Shown here: positions 1 to 9,334 of the stretch, piece after piece
Layout of the letters: each line of letters starts with the position of its first letter
How positions within the stretch are numbered: the first letter of the stretch is position 1
Source of the DNA: Flavobacteriales bacterium
Lineage (GTDB): Bacteria; Bacteroidota; Bacteroidia; Palsa-965
DNA length: 54,931 nt
Direction: 5' to 3'
Assembly (NCBI GenBank): GCA_002737665.1
Contig: NSIF01000005.1
Span: 1 to 54,931, forward strand
The notes under the pieces: generated by a model
What the model saw: the letters and a program-made list of their open reading frames with translations, nothing else
Database searches by the model: none
What the model was told of the DNA's origin: nothing
Made by a program: the position numbers and the translations under genes

Positions 1-1
1 T

Positions 2-394
2 TACCCTTCACCTATTCATGAAAACAAAGCAGACACCGATCGAGATTACGACAATGCGCTACTTTTTTGCGTGGAACATATTGATAAAATTGCGATGTGC
101 GCAGGAACGCATAACGAAAGTAGCTCCCACCTACTGGTAAATTCATTAGCAGCCAAACAAATTAAAAATGACCACCCACACATTTATTTTTCGCAACTAC
201 TAGGTATGAGCGATCACATTAGCTTCAACCTGTCGAACATGAATTACAATGTTGCAAAATATGTTCCTTACGGACCTGTAAAAGAAGTCCTCCCTTATCT
301 CATTCGACGCGCGCAAGAAAACACCTCCGTCAAGGGACAGACTGGAAGAGAACTTAATTTAATAATGAAAGAAAAAAAACGTAGGAAAAATTAA
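2..394 (+). CDS. proline dehydrogenase family protein, C-terminal fragment (5' end outside window)
   Basis: The frame is open from nt 2. The C-terminal motif YVPYGPVKEVLPYLIRRAQENTSV is typical of the PutA-type proline dehydrogenase domain. The ORF track begins at an internal GTG (71). Confidence 0.7.
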   Translation, partial: YPSPIHENKADTDRDYDNALLFCVEHIDKIAMCAGTHNESSSHLLVNSLAAKQIKNDHPHIYFSQLLGMSDHISFNLSNMNYNVAKYVPYGPVKEVLPYLIRRAQENTSVKGQTGRELNLIMKEKKRRKN

Positions 395-463
395 TTGAGG
401 GAAAATGTTTTTGATTTTGATCATAGCGTTAGGCAGTAACGAGAGTATAATATCAAAGTCAAA

Positions 464-1180
464 CTATTCCTCCAACTCATAAGTACGAACATAATATTTT
501 TTGGGGTGAACGCGCATCGTACGTTGACCTTGGTAACAAATTCCCAATGTCATATTAAGGTAATAGCCGTTTCGCATGTAACCAGGCGAAAGATGAATCT
601 GTACAAATGACTTTTTATTAAACAAATAATACGCCGTAATATTTCCTTCCATACCCACAGAACCAGGATTAAATGCAGCTTTCATGCTATTGGAAGCCAA
701 CCAGCCACCGGCACCAACAAGCAGAGAAAAATTAGCTCGTTGAATTATACTGTAAGAAAAGTGAGAACGGACTTCCGTAACCGTCAGATTTTTTTTATCA
801 ATCCAGGTACTTGATGAAATAATTGAAGAGGGACTACTAGTAGAAATTGCTGAAACGTCTTGCCAAATAGTTTGGCGTTGAAATCCAAAAACTCCAAATC
901 CAGCATCCCACTCCATTCTATTTAAGAAAGGATAAGTAAAAAATATGCCCCCCTGAATTGCGTTACCAACCTGTACCTTAATTACTTCAGGTCCAAGGGA
1001 CATTCCATGTGGTTGATCATACAAAAAATGTTCTGCTTCCATAAACTGTAAGCGACCTGCAAAGAAACCAAAATACATTGCCCTCTTAACCAAAACAGTG
1101 TCGCCCTCATCGTGTTGAGCAATAACATTTGTGCTTATTAATCCACAAATTACTAATAGAAAAAAATATACCCCTTTCAT
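464..1180 (-). CDS. hypothetical secreted protein, probable outer-membrane beta-barrel
   Basis: ATG start and signal peptide MKGVYFFLLVICGLISTNVIA|Q. The sequence is Gly/aromatic-rich with an alternating pattern. No catalytic motif was recognised. Confidence 0.5.
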   Translation of the reverse strand: MKGVYFFLLVICGLISTNVIAQHDEGDTVLVKRAMYFGFFAGRLQFMEAEHFLYDQPHGMSLGPEVIKVQVGNAIQGGIFFTYPFLNRMEWDAGFGVFGFQRQTIWQDVSAISTSSPSSIISSSTWIDKKNLTVTEVRSHFSYSIIQRANFSLLVGAGGWLASNSMKAAFNPGSVGMEGNITAYYLFNKKSFVQIHLSPGYMRNGYYLNMTLGICYQGQRTMRVHPKKYYVRTYELEE

Positions 1181-1332
1181 TTTTGGCCGTTATTTGCTGT
1201 TACAAGGTAATGGATTGTTAAATACAATTGTATTTCAATTGAAAGATTTTTGATAGAAATTTGAAATCTTTAAACCCGTAAAACAATATCATTTTCCTAT
1301 CTTTACAAAAGAAAAAAGGAAGCTTATCAAAT

Positions 1333-2652
1333 ATGAACAACGCCGCTTATTCACCCAAAGATGTACAACCAAAAAAGAATATGGAACGAAAGGTAAGCGT
1401 AATGTCCAGCCAACTCATCGGTTCTGAGATTATCAAACTTGCTGCCGAGGTGAATGAGAAAATTAAGAATGGAGTCCAGGTTTTTAATCTGACTATTGGC
1501 GATTTCAATCCAAAAATTTTCCCAATTCCGGCTGGCCTAAAAAAAGAAATTATTGCTGCTTATACAAATGATGAAACCAATTACCCAGCAGCAGATGGGG
1601 TGTTGGAATTACGAAAAGAGGTAGCTGGATTAATTGAAAAACGTCAAGGATTAAAATATGATACGAATGAAATTTTAATTGCAGGAGGAGCTCGACCAAT
1701 TATTTATGCCATCTTCAGAACATTAATAGATACGGGAGATAAAATTCTTTTTCCTGTGCCATCGTGGAACAACAATCACTATACTCATTTGAGTTCTGGC
1801 AACTATGAACAACAAATTTTAATTGAAACAAGTCCAGAAAATAATTTCATGCCTACCGCGACAGATCTTGCACCACATCTTTCGAAGGTTGCCTTGGTGT
1901 CGCTTTGTTCTCCATTAAATCCAACCGGAACAACATTTACAAAAAAAGATTTAAGTGAGATTTGCGATTTGATTATTGCAGAAAATGAGCGCCGTGGACC
2001 AAACGCAAAGCCACTGTACCTCTTATACGATCAAATTTATTGGGCGCTTACTTTTGGTGAAGTCAAACACTATGATCCGGTATCGCTTCGACCAGCAATG
2101 CGACCTTATACAATTTTTGTAGATGGCATCTCAAAATCCCTTGCCGCAACAGGCGTTCGCGTAGGTTGGGCAATCGGACCGAAAACAATAATCGACAGCA
2201 TGAAATCTTTGCTTTCACATGTGGGAGCTTGGGCACCAAAAGCAGAGCAAATTGCAACAGCCAAATTTTTAGCAAATCTTGATGAATACGATGCTTTTCA
2301 CGTTGACTTTAAAGCGAAAATAAACGATCGCCTCATTGCATTTCATAACGGACTTCAATCGTTGAAAAAGAAAGGATATCAAGTAGATTCAATAGCACCG
2401 CAAGCCGCAATTTACCTTACTATACAATTTGCCCTTCAAGGAAAACATACGCAAGATGGACAAATGCTGTCGTCCACTAAAGATGTAACAAAATATATTC
2501 TTGACGAAGCCAAACTTGCTGTTGTTCCCTTTTATGCCTTTGGTGCTTCAACAGATTCTAGTTGGTATAGACTTTCGGTTGGAACTTGCAAACTAGAAGA
2601 TGTGAAAATAATTATTGAAAATTTAGATATAGCTATAGGAAAACTTTCCTAA
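1333..2652 (+). CDS. PLP-dependent aminotransferase, class I/II (aspartate aminotransferase-like)
   Basis: 439-aa ORF with the PLP-lysine context GISKSLAATGVRVGW and an NP.G motif (SPLNPTGT). The start could instead be the in-frame ATG at 1381 or 1402. Confidence 0.8.
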   Translation: MNNAAYSPKDVQPKKNMERKVSVMSSQLIGSEIIKLAAEVNEKIKNGVQVFNLTIGDFNPKIFPIPAGLKKEIIAAYTNDETNYPAADGVLELRKEVAGLIEKRQGLKYDTNEILIAGGARPIIYAIFRTLIDTGDKILFPVPSWNNNHYTHLSSGNYEQQILIETSPENNFMPTATDLAPHLSKVALVSLCSPLNPTGTTFTKKDLSEICDLIIAENERRGPNAKPLYLLYDQIYWALTFGEVKHYDPVSLRPAMRPYTIFVDGISKSLAATGVRVGWAIGPKTIIDSMKSLLSHVGAWAPKAEQIATAKFLANLDEYDAFHVDFKAKINDRLIAFHNGLQSLKKKGYQVDSIAPQAAIYLTIQFALQGKHTQDGQMLSSTKDVTKYILDEAKLAVVPFYAFGASTDSSWYRLSVGTCKLEDVKIIIENLDIAIGKLS

Positions 2653-2672
2653 AAATAATATCAAAATTAAAG

Positions 2673-3764
2673 ATGAAAAATAACCGTTACTGTATTATCA
2701 TGGCTGGTGGTGTCGGAACAAGATTCTGGCCAATGAGTCGTACTTCAAATCCAAAGCAATTCATTGACATTCTTGGAACCGGTAGAACACTGCTACAATC
2801 CACGTTTGATCGCTCAACAAAAATCTGTGACCCGGAAAATATTTATGTTGTAACAAATGAAAGTTATCATTCACTTGTTCAACAACAACTTCCAACTATT
2901 CCACAGGAAAATATTCTTTGTGAGCCATACAGAAAAAACACCGCGCCTTGTATTGCTTATGCTACTTGGAAAATTTTTAACCTGAATCCTAATGCTGTTA
3001 TGGTCGTCGCTCCGTCCGATCATCTTATTTCAAAAGAAGATATTTACGCTAAGGCAATTCGCTCCTGCATGAGGCAAGCGAAAACAGAAGATTGTTTAAT
3101 TACGATTGGCATTAAACCTACGCGGCCAGATACCGGTTATGGATACATTCAATTTACTGAAACGGAAACGGAACAAATAGACAAGCGAATAAAAAAAGTA
3201 AAAACTTTTACTGAAAAGCCAGACCTCGCCATGGCAAAGTTTTTTATGCAAAGCGGTGATTTTCTTTGGAACGCAGGAATCTTTGTATGGAGCGCCAAGA
3301 GTATTATGAAAGCATTTGAAAAACTAATGCCCGAAACAGCACAAATTTTTAACGAAGGAGCAGGTAATTGGAATACAAAAAGCGAAAAGTCGTTTCTTAA
3401 AGAGGCCTATGGAAGATGCAAAGCAATTTCGATTGATTATGCCATTATGGAAAAGGCAGATAATGTTTTTGTGCGCAAATCAATTATCGGCTGGTCCGAC
3501 TTAGGTACCTGGGGCTCACTTTATACGCACTTGAACAAAGACAGTAACAACAATGCAATAGTTGGCAAACATGTGATGATGTACAATTCAAAAAATTGCG
3601 TGGTGCATGTCCCGAATGAGAAATTAGTAGTCATTGAAGGACTAGATGATTATATTGTTGTTGAATCAGAAAACATTCTTCTCATTTGTAAAAAACAAGA
3701 CGAACAACAAATACGTGCATTTGTCAATGATGTGAAAGTTGCAAAAGGGGACAAGTTTATCTAA
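2673..3764 (+). CDS. mannose-1-phosphate guanylyltransferase (nucleotidyltransferase family)
   Basis: N-terminal IMAGGVGTRFWPMSR pyrophosphorylase motif. At 363 aa it has no appended isomerase domain. Confidence 0.8.
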   Translation: MKNNRYCIIMAGGVGTRFWPMSRTSNPKQFIDILGTGRTLLQSTFDRSTKICDPENIYVVTNESYHSLVQQQLPTIPQENILCEPYRKNTAPCIAYATWKIFNLNPNAVMVVAPSDHLISKEDIYAKAIRSCMRQAKTEDCLITIGIKPTRPDTGYGYIQFTETETEQIDKRIKKVKTFTEKPDLAMAKFFMQSGDFLWNAGIFVWSAKSIMKAFEKLMPETAQIFNEGAGNWNTKSEKSFLKEAYGRCKAISIDYAIMEKADNVFVRKSIIGWSDLGTWGSLYTHLNKDSNNNAIVGKHVMMYNSKNCVVHVPNEKLVVIEGLDDYIVVESENILLICKKQDEQQIRAFVNDVKVAKGDKFI

Positions 3765-3828
3765 TAAAACAATTTCAAAATTCCTCGGAATAATTGTCTT
3801 ATCGCAAAGCACTAATTAAAATACACTG

Positions 3829-4455
3829 CTAATAATTTCGAAGTGGCTCCTTGCCTTTAACATAACCTTTGAATGCACTAGACAAAAATACATCAATCCT
3901 AATTCCAACAATGCTGTTTTTTGAATTAACATTCACAAAAAAAGCACCACCCAAACCCACATCATAATATATTTTTTTTATCGCTTGGAATTCGGCGTAA
4001 ACACCAAACGCTGCGTAAGGATTATTGTTGTCGTAAATGTCTGGCGCCCGAATAAAGTCATACCCCGTACAATAAGAAGGCCCACACATTGTAGCCAAAT
4101 GAAATTTTTCTGTTTCTTTTCGGTAAGGAATCCAAGCGATGTGAGCTTGAAAATTATTCCACAACCCAAAATCATCGCCCGACATCATTCCTCCTAAACG
4201 AAAATAATATTGATGAATATGAAAATTAAAATTCACAGCAAGCACCGTTTGCGGATATGGATTTGCTGTATTTACAGCTAGCCCTCCTGCACCACTGAAC
4301 CAATTGTTATAAACCCGAAAACGTTTATCCTTAAAAACAATTTCCCGCTTGAAATTTTCTTGTAGTTTAAGCCGGCTTGTATCTTGAGCAAAAGAATAAA
4401 TTGGAATGCAAATAAAAATAAATAAAATAAACGCACTACTATTAAATCCTTTCAT
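3829..4455 (-). CDS. hypothetical secreted protein, probable outer-membrane beta-barrel
   Basis: Start placed at ATG 4455 (MKGFNSSAFILFIFICIPIYSFA|Q signal peptide) rather than the upstream ATG at 4497. The protein is aromatic/Gly-rich. Confidence 0.5.
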   Translation of the reverse strand: MKGFNSSAFILFIFICIPIYSFAQDTSRLKLQENFKREIVFKDKRFRVYNNWFSGAGGLAVNTANPYPQTVLAVNFNFHIHQYYFRLGGMMSGDDFGLWNNFQAHIAWIPYRKETEKFHLATMCGPSYCTGYDFIRAPDIYDNNNPYAAFGVYAEFQAIKKIYYDVGLGGAFFVNVNSKNSIVGIRIDVFLSSAFKGYVKGKEPLRNY

Positions 4456-4537
4456 CCTACTTAGTTGACCTATTTGCCTTTTATTTCCGAACTGCATTTG
4501 ATAAATTTTGCGCCTAAAACATTAAAAATTTAATTCT

Positions 4538-5938
4538 CTAATTGTTTAAAGCTCCAATCATATCCTCCGGTCTTACCCACTCGTCAAATTGTTCCGCTGT
4601 TACATATCCAAGTTCCACCGCTGCCGCTTTCAATGTTTTATCTTCTTGATGTGCTTTTTTAGCAATCTCAGCACATTTATAATATCCAATATGTGTATTC
4701 AACGCAGTAACCAGCATCAATGAATTTTCCATGTGTCGCTTAATCGTTGCTAGATTTGGTTTAATGCCATTGGAACAATGTTCCGTAAACGAAACACAGG
4801 CATCACCTAATAATCTGGCACTTTGTAAAACATTTGCAGCAATCAATGGTTTGAAAACATTCAATTCAAAATGTCCATTCATTCCTCCAATAGAAACTGC
4901 CACGTCGTTGCCTATTACTTGCGCACAGACCATTGTCATGGCCTCTGGTTGTGTTGGATTTACTTTTCCAGGCATAATTGATGAACCCGGTTCATTATCA
5001 GGTATGATAATTTCACCAATGCCGGAACGTGGTCCAGAGCTCAACATTCGAATGTCATTCGCAATTTTCATCAAAGAAACTGAAGTACGTTTCAGCGCGC
5101 CCGATAACTCTACCATTGCATCGTGAGCAGCAAGTGCTTCAAACTTATTTGGCGCTGTAACAAAAGGAAGTGAAGTAAACTCTGCAATTTTTTTTGCAAC
5201 TAGCACATCGTAACCTTTAGGTGTATTCAAGCCAGTGCCAACCGCTGTTCCTCCCAGCGCCAACTCACTTACCATAACAAGGGCGTTCTTAATGGCACGA
5301 ATACTATTGGTAATTTGCTGAACATAACCTGAAAATTCCTGTCCAAGTGTTAGCGGTGTCGCATCCATAAAATGTGTGCGTCCTGTTTTTACAATTCCGG
5401 AAAATTCTTTTGCCTTTGCATCTAACGAAACTCGTAATCCCTCCAAGCCAGAAAGTGTACACCCAGCAACTAATTTATAGGTAGCAATGTGCATGGCTGT
5501 CGGATAGGTATCGTTTGAAGATTGTGATTTATTCACATCATCATTAGGATTCAATATTTTTTTCTCATCTGTTAATTTCCCTCCACTGATTACATGCGCA
5601 CGATAAGCAATCACTTCATTCACATTCATATTACTTTGAGTGCCCGAACCCGTTTGCCAGATGACCAAAGGAAATTGATCTTCCAACTTTTGAGCTATAA
5701 TTTCATCACACACTTGAGAAATCATATCGCGTTTTACAACATCTAAAACTCCAAGTTCCGTATTGGCATGTGCAGCGGCTTTTTTTAAATAGGCAAAAGC
5801 ATAAATTATTTCCATTGGCATACTCGCTGCAGGACCAATCTTAAAATTATTTCGTGAACGTTCCGTTTGAGCTCCCCAGTATTTAGCTGCAGGAACTTTT
5901 ACTTCGCCCATGGTGTCTTTTTCAATTCTGAATTCCAT
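4538..5938 (-). CDS. fumC: class II fumarate hydratase
   Basis: 466 aa with the fumarate-lyase signature [11 protein letters not shown] and a full-length FumC-like sequence. Confidence 0.95.
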   Translation of the reverse strand: MEFRIEKDTMGEVKVPAAKYWGAQTERSRNNFKIGPAASMPMEIIYAFAYLKKAAAHANTELGVLDVVKRDMISQVCDEIIAQKLEDQFPLVIWQTGSGTQSNMNVNEVIAYRAHVISGGKLTDEKKILNPNDDVNKSQSSNDTYPTAMHIATYKLVAGCTLSGLEGLRVSLDAKAKEFSGIVKTGRTHFMDATPLTLGQEFSGYVQQITNSIRAIKNALVMVSELALGGTAVGTGLNTPKGYDVLVAKKIAEFTSLPFVTAPNKFEALAAHDAMVELSGALKRTSVSLMKIANDIRMLSSGPRSGIGEIIIPDNEPGSSIMPGKVNPTQPEAMTMVCAQVIGNDVAVSIGGMNGHFELNVFKPLIAANVLQSARLLGDACVSFTEHCSNGIKPNLATIKRHMENSLMLVTALNTHIGYYKCAEIAKKAHQEDKTLKAAAVELGYVTAEQFDEWVRPEDMIGALNN

Positions 5939-6097
5939 ATTGGTAGTGATGAGGTGATGAAATTATAAAATATTATTTTGACTGAGTAAAAATAATGATT
6001 GTTACAATGCAAAAGGAGGAATTTTGAACTTGAGTTATAAATATTTTCTACCACTCCCCTAATAGCCATAAAATACAAATTCGGAATGCGCCTATTG

Positions 6098-7205
6098 TTA
6101 TTTCAAATCCACATTCCAACTCGGACCATATTCCATCAAATACGTTTTAATAAATTCATCCAAATTTCCATCCAACACACCAGCGGCATCCGAGGTTTCA
6201 TGTTCCGTTCGCAAATCTTTCACCATTTTATAAGGGTGCAAAACATAATTTCGAATCTGTGAGCCCCACTCAATTTTTTTCATCCCTCCACGAATGGCCT
6301 GAACCGTTTCCATTTTTTTCCGCATCTCCACTTCATACAATTGCGATTTCAACAAGCGCAACGCATTTTCTCTATTCGTCATTTGAGAACGCGATTCCTG
6401 ATTTTTAATGACTATGCCCGATGGCTTATGATACAATCGAACAGCAGTCTCCACTTTATTTACGTTTTGTCCGCCTGCTCCCCCCGAACGGAATGTTTCC
6501 CATTCGCATTCTGCCGGATTTATATCAATCTCAATGGTATCGTCCACCAGCGGATAAACATAAACAGAAGCAAATGAAGTGTGTCGTCTTGCATTAGAAT
6601 CGAATGGAGAAATACGAACCAAACGATGCACACCGTTCTCTCCTTTCAAATGTCCAAATGCATAATCGCCTTCTATTTCTAAAGTACACTGTTTTATTCC
6701 TGCACTCTCTCCATCTTGAATATCATCTTCTTTTACTTTAAATCCGTTTTTCTCCGCCCACATTTTATACATGCGCATAAGCATCGCCGCCCAATCGCAA
6801 CTTTCTGTTCCTCCTGCTCCCGAATTTATTGTGAGTACCGCATGTAAATGATCTTCACGACCACTCAACATATTTCTGAATTCTAAACTTTCCGCTTTTT
6901 GCGTGGTCTCAGCATATTGAACATCAACATCTGCTTCACTGGCATCGCCCGCCTTGTAAAAATCATACATCACAGTCAAATCTTCGATACTCGCTTCGAG
7001 TGCGAAAAATGAATCCGTCCACAATTTTCTTTTCTTGATTTCCTTGAGCAATTTTTCAGCTCTTTTGGGGTCGTCCCAAAACCCAGCCACCTCTGTCAAT
7101 GCCGTTTCTTCAGCAATTTTATTTAGTTTGCCATCAACGTCAAAGATGCCTCCTCAACGCGTCCTTGCGATCTACTAATGCCCTTACCTGATCTGTTGTA
7201 ATCAT
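6098..7205 (-). CDS. prfB: peptide chain release factor 2, expressed through a programmed +1 ribosomal frameshift
   Basis: The body (6098-7099 in the ORF track) carries the RF2 motifs SPF and GGQ ([16 protein letters not shown]). The true ATG is at 7205. Frame 0 reads [21 protein letters not shown] and stops at TGA 7142-7140. The slippery site CTT TGA C (7145-7139) is preceded by AGGAGG (7154-7149). The +1 frame continues [24 protein letters not shown] into the annotated ORF. Confidence 0.93.
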
Positions 7206-7208
7206 GCG

Positions 7209-7216
7209 CAAATGTA
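7209..7216 (-). promoter_or_regulatory. Bacteroidetes-type -7 promoter box (TACATTTG) for prfB
   Basis: Exact TAnnTTTG on the minus strand, 3 nt upstream of the prfB ATG (7205). Confidence 0.45.
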
Positions 7217-7261
7217 ACTAAATGATGTGCCTATTTGCTGATTAACTAATTGAGTATAAAA

Positions 7262-7380
7262 ATTATTGGCCTGCCCCTCATCACGATTGGTGAATCGGGT
7301 CGGGCTATCCGCTTTTACTCCTCGCAACCACACAATTCCCGCCCTGCTGCGGGGTAAGCGCTATTATCCCTCAGGCACGA
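7262..7380 (-). ncRNA. candidate structured small RNA, family not recognised
   Basis: 66 of 111 nt are G/C (7268-7378) inside an AT-rich intergenic gap with no ORF. On the minus strand it is preceded by the near-consensus -7 box TATTTTTT (7388-7381). The termini pair: GCCUG 7376-7372 with CAGGC 7273-7269. A U-tract follows (7267-7256). Several internal helices are visible by eye. Confidence 0.35.
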
Positions 7381-7461
7381 AAAAAATACTTTCCTTAAAC
7401 GAAAATCAGAAAAATTTATAAGAACTAACAAATACTGACCACTGACTATTACCTTCGTATC

Positions 7462-7938
7462 ATGAACGAACCCAAACACTCGCATTTTGTATTAGCTGAC
7501 GCGAGCTACTGCCATGTATTGGAGGACAAACTCTACATTGGAAAACGTGAATTGCCTGAAAAATTTCCATTGCCAATTCATAAACTAGATTTTCTCACAC
7601 TTACATTTCAAATGCTCGGATTGTTAGTGCTTAGCTTTTTTATTGTCATGACCTTAATGACTAAATTTTATGTCATCACATTTACGCTTAGTTTATTCAC
7701 TATTACACTCGCACTGGCAACACTCCGCTCTGCAGGATTTACCAATACATTTAATATCCCTATCGCCTCAATTGTTAAGGTCGATTATACAAAAAAATCT
7801 TTCGGCTACGATTTTTTTGTGATTCATTATTCTGACAAAATTGGAAAAACGTGGAAACGACGACTCGCAATTTATGATTCTAAAATTTGTTTGGATCAAG
7901 CAATAGCTGCAATGAAAGATGCTAAACTATTGAAATAA
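7462..7938 (+). CDS. hypothetical membrane protein
   Basis: 158 aa with an ATG start and a central pair of hydrophobic helices (LLVLSFFIVMTLM / ITFTLSLFTITLALATL). No recognisable motif. Confidence 0.5.
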   Translation: MNEPKHSHFVLADASYCHVLEDKLYIGKRELPEKFPLPIHKLDFLTLTFQMLGLLVLSFFIVMTLMTKFYVITFTLSLFTITLALATLRSAGFTNTFNIPIASIVKVDYTKKSFGYDFFVIHYSDKIGKTWKRRLAIYDSKICLDQAIAAMKDAKLLK

Positions 7939-7941
7939 ATT

Positions 7942-8433
7942 TTAGCCCTTTGCCTTCGTTCCGACAACTTCTACCACCAAATCATTCTCAAATCCCCTCG
8001 AAAGAAGGTAATTCATAACCTTATATTTTTTCTTTTTCGAATCTCTTTCTTTCATCGCTTTTATTTTTACCTCCGCTACTTTTTGCAGTGTTTTAATGTA
8101 CTCTTCTTCCTCAATTTCTGCTAATCCCTTTTTTATACAATAAGTACTAATTTTTCTGCGCTTCAGCTCAATGCTAATCTTTACGCGCCCCCATTTTTTG
8201 ATTCTAAATTTCCCTCCCGCATAGGCCTTTGCAAAACGCTCTTCATTAATAAAATTGCTAGCAATCAAATCCGCTATTACATTCTCAACTTGAATTTCAT
8301 GCAATCCCCAGGAATATAATTTATCACGAACCTCCTGCTGGCATCGCTCCTGGTAAGCACAGTAGCTTTCCGCTTTTATCAAAGCTTGCTTTTGGGTGTA
8401 AACTTTTGGTTTCTTTAACTGCTCCAAACTCAT
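7942..8433 (-). CDS. recX: regulatory protein RecX
   Basis: RecX-like N-terminus (ALIKAESYCAYQERCQQEVRDKL) and helical repeats. The ORF-track start at 8445 is TTG, so ATG 8433 is preferred. Confidence 0.8.
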   Translation of the reverse strand: MSLEQLKKPKVYTQKQALIKAESYCAYQERCQQEVRDKLYSWGLHEIQVENVIADLIASNFINEERFAKAYAGGKFRIKKWGRVKISIELKRRKISTYCIKKGLAEIEEEEYIKTLQKVAEVKIKAMKERDSKKKKYKVMNYLLSRGFENDLVVEVVGTKAKG

Positions 8434-8467
8434 GTTACAATCCAATTTTGTGCATTATAATTTCATT

Positions 8468-8475
8468 CAAAACTA
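8468..8475 (-). promoter_or_regulatory. Bacteroidetes-type -7 box (TAGTTTTG) upstream of recX
   Basis: Exact TAnnTTTG on the minus strand, 34 nt upstream of ATG 8433. It overlaps the stop codon of the upstream gene. Confidence 0.35.
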
Positions 8476-9126
8476 GAAACTAGAAGTTTCACCAACAAAT
8501 GGATTTGTTTTTTTCTCTATTCCAATTTCCGTAACGCCACCGTGCCCTGAGAAAACTCTTGTATCATCGGGCAGTACAAATAATTTTTCGCGAATACTTT
8601 TTAATAAGGTTTCCAAATTTCCACCAGGCAAATCGCTTCTTCCAATACTTCCCTGAAATAAAACGTCTCCTCCAATCAGGAATTTTTCAGTCGCATTATA
8701 AAAACAAACACTTCCCGGTGAGTGACCTGGGGCAAAAATTATTTCCAAACTTGTATTTCCGAATTGCACTGAATTCCTTTCCTCTAAAATCGTCAAGGGC
8801 TCGGGTTGAATCTTTCCGTTAAATCCATACATCTCACAAACTTGTGGAAAAGACGCTAATACTTTTAACTCCAACAAATGAATTTCCAAATTTAATTTCC
8901 AAGTTTCTGAAACAAAGGGATTTCCGAAAACATGATCGATGTGGCAATGTGTATTTAACAAGCTAACAGGACGCAAATTATTTTTCTCAACATAAGATTT
9001 TAACTCCTGCTCCTCCTCTAAAATATGGCAGCCGGGATCAATAATTACACACGCTCGCGTTTCATCAGAAAGCACATAACAATTTTCTGAAAATGGATTA
9101 AAAGTAAAGGTCTTTATTGTAACCAT
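8473..9126 (-). CDS. MBL-fold metallo-hydrolase (glyoxalase II-like)
   Basis: HCHIDH metal-binding motif and a downstream GHSPGS motif. 217 aa. Confidence 0.85.
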   Translation of the reverse strand: MVTIKTFTFNPFSENCYVLSDETRACVIIDPGCHILEEEQELKSYVEKNNLRPVSLLNTHCHIDHVFGNPFVSETWKLNLEIHLLELKVLASFPQVCEMYGFNGKIQPEPLTILEERNSVQFGNTSLEIIFAPGHSPGSVCFYNATEKFLIGGDVLFQGSIGRSDLPGGNLETLLKSIREKLFVLPDDTRVFSGHGGVTEIGIEKKTNPFVGETSSF

Positions 9127-9130
9127 TTCA

Positions 9131-9138
9131 CAAATATA
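9131..9138 (-). promoter_or_regulatory. Bacteroidetes-type -7 box (TATATTTG)
   Basis: Exact TAnnTTTG on the minus strand, 4 nt upstream of ATG 9126. Confidence 0.45.
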
Positions 9139-9334
9139 AGGGTCAAGAAATGAGCGACCTGCACAAACGAAATAATAATTCGTTAATAATACCTACAAAA
9201 TTCATAAATGAGTACCAGCATTTCCATTTAAACGAGCATTTTCCTTAACTTTATAGCTTGTCTGTAAACCAGGTATATTCCCTAGTCAACAATAAAAAAC
9301 GAGCCATTTATTTAATCCGTTGAAAAGGTGTTTT

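Noticed and set aside
4731-5126. Antisense ORFs of 100-143 aa inside fumC, and similar ones at 27093-27461, 38866-39297, 44674-45027 and 47444-47842
   Set aside because: Each lies opposite a gene with clear family motifs. Their compositions look like reverse-frame artefacts, and none has a start-proximal -7 box.
6013-6019. A second AAGGAGG followed by a short TTG ORF (plus strand) between fumC and prfB
   Set aside because: Both flanking genes are on the minus strand, and no plus-strand promoter box lies nearby. On the expressed strand it reads CCTCCTT. I see no supportable function.
7262-7380. Assigning the GC-rich element to a known RNA family (SRP/4.5S, TPP, ZTP, cobalamin, SAM or fluoride riboswitch, tRNA fragment)
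   Set aside because: I looked for the SRP domain IV core (GGUCCGGAAGGAAGCAGC), the TPP CUGAGA/ACCUGAUCUGGAUAAUGCCAGCG core, the ZTP GGGUCGUGACUGGCG...CCGCCUGGGC core and a T-arm GGTTCGAATCC. None is present. I therefore report it only as unclassified.
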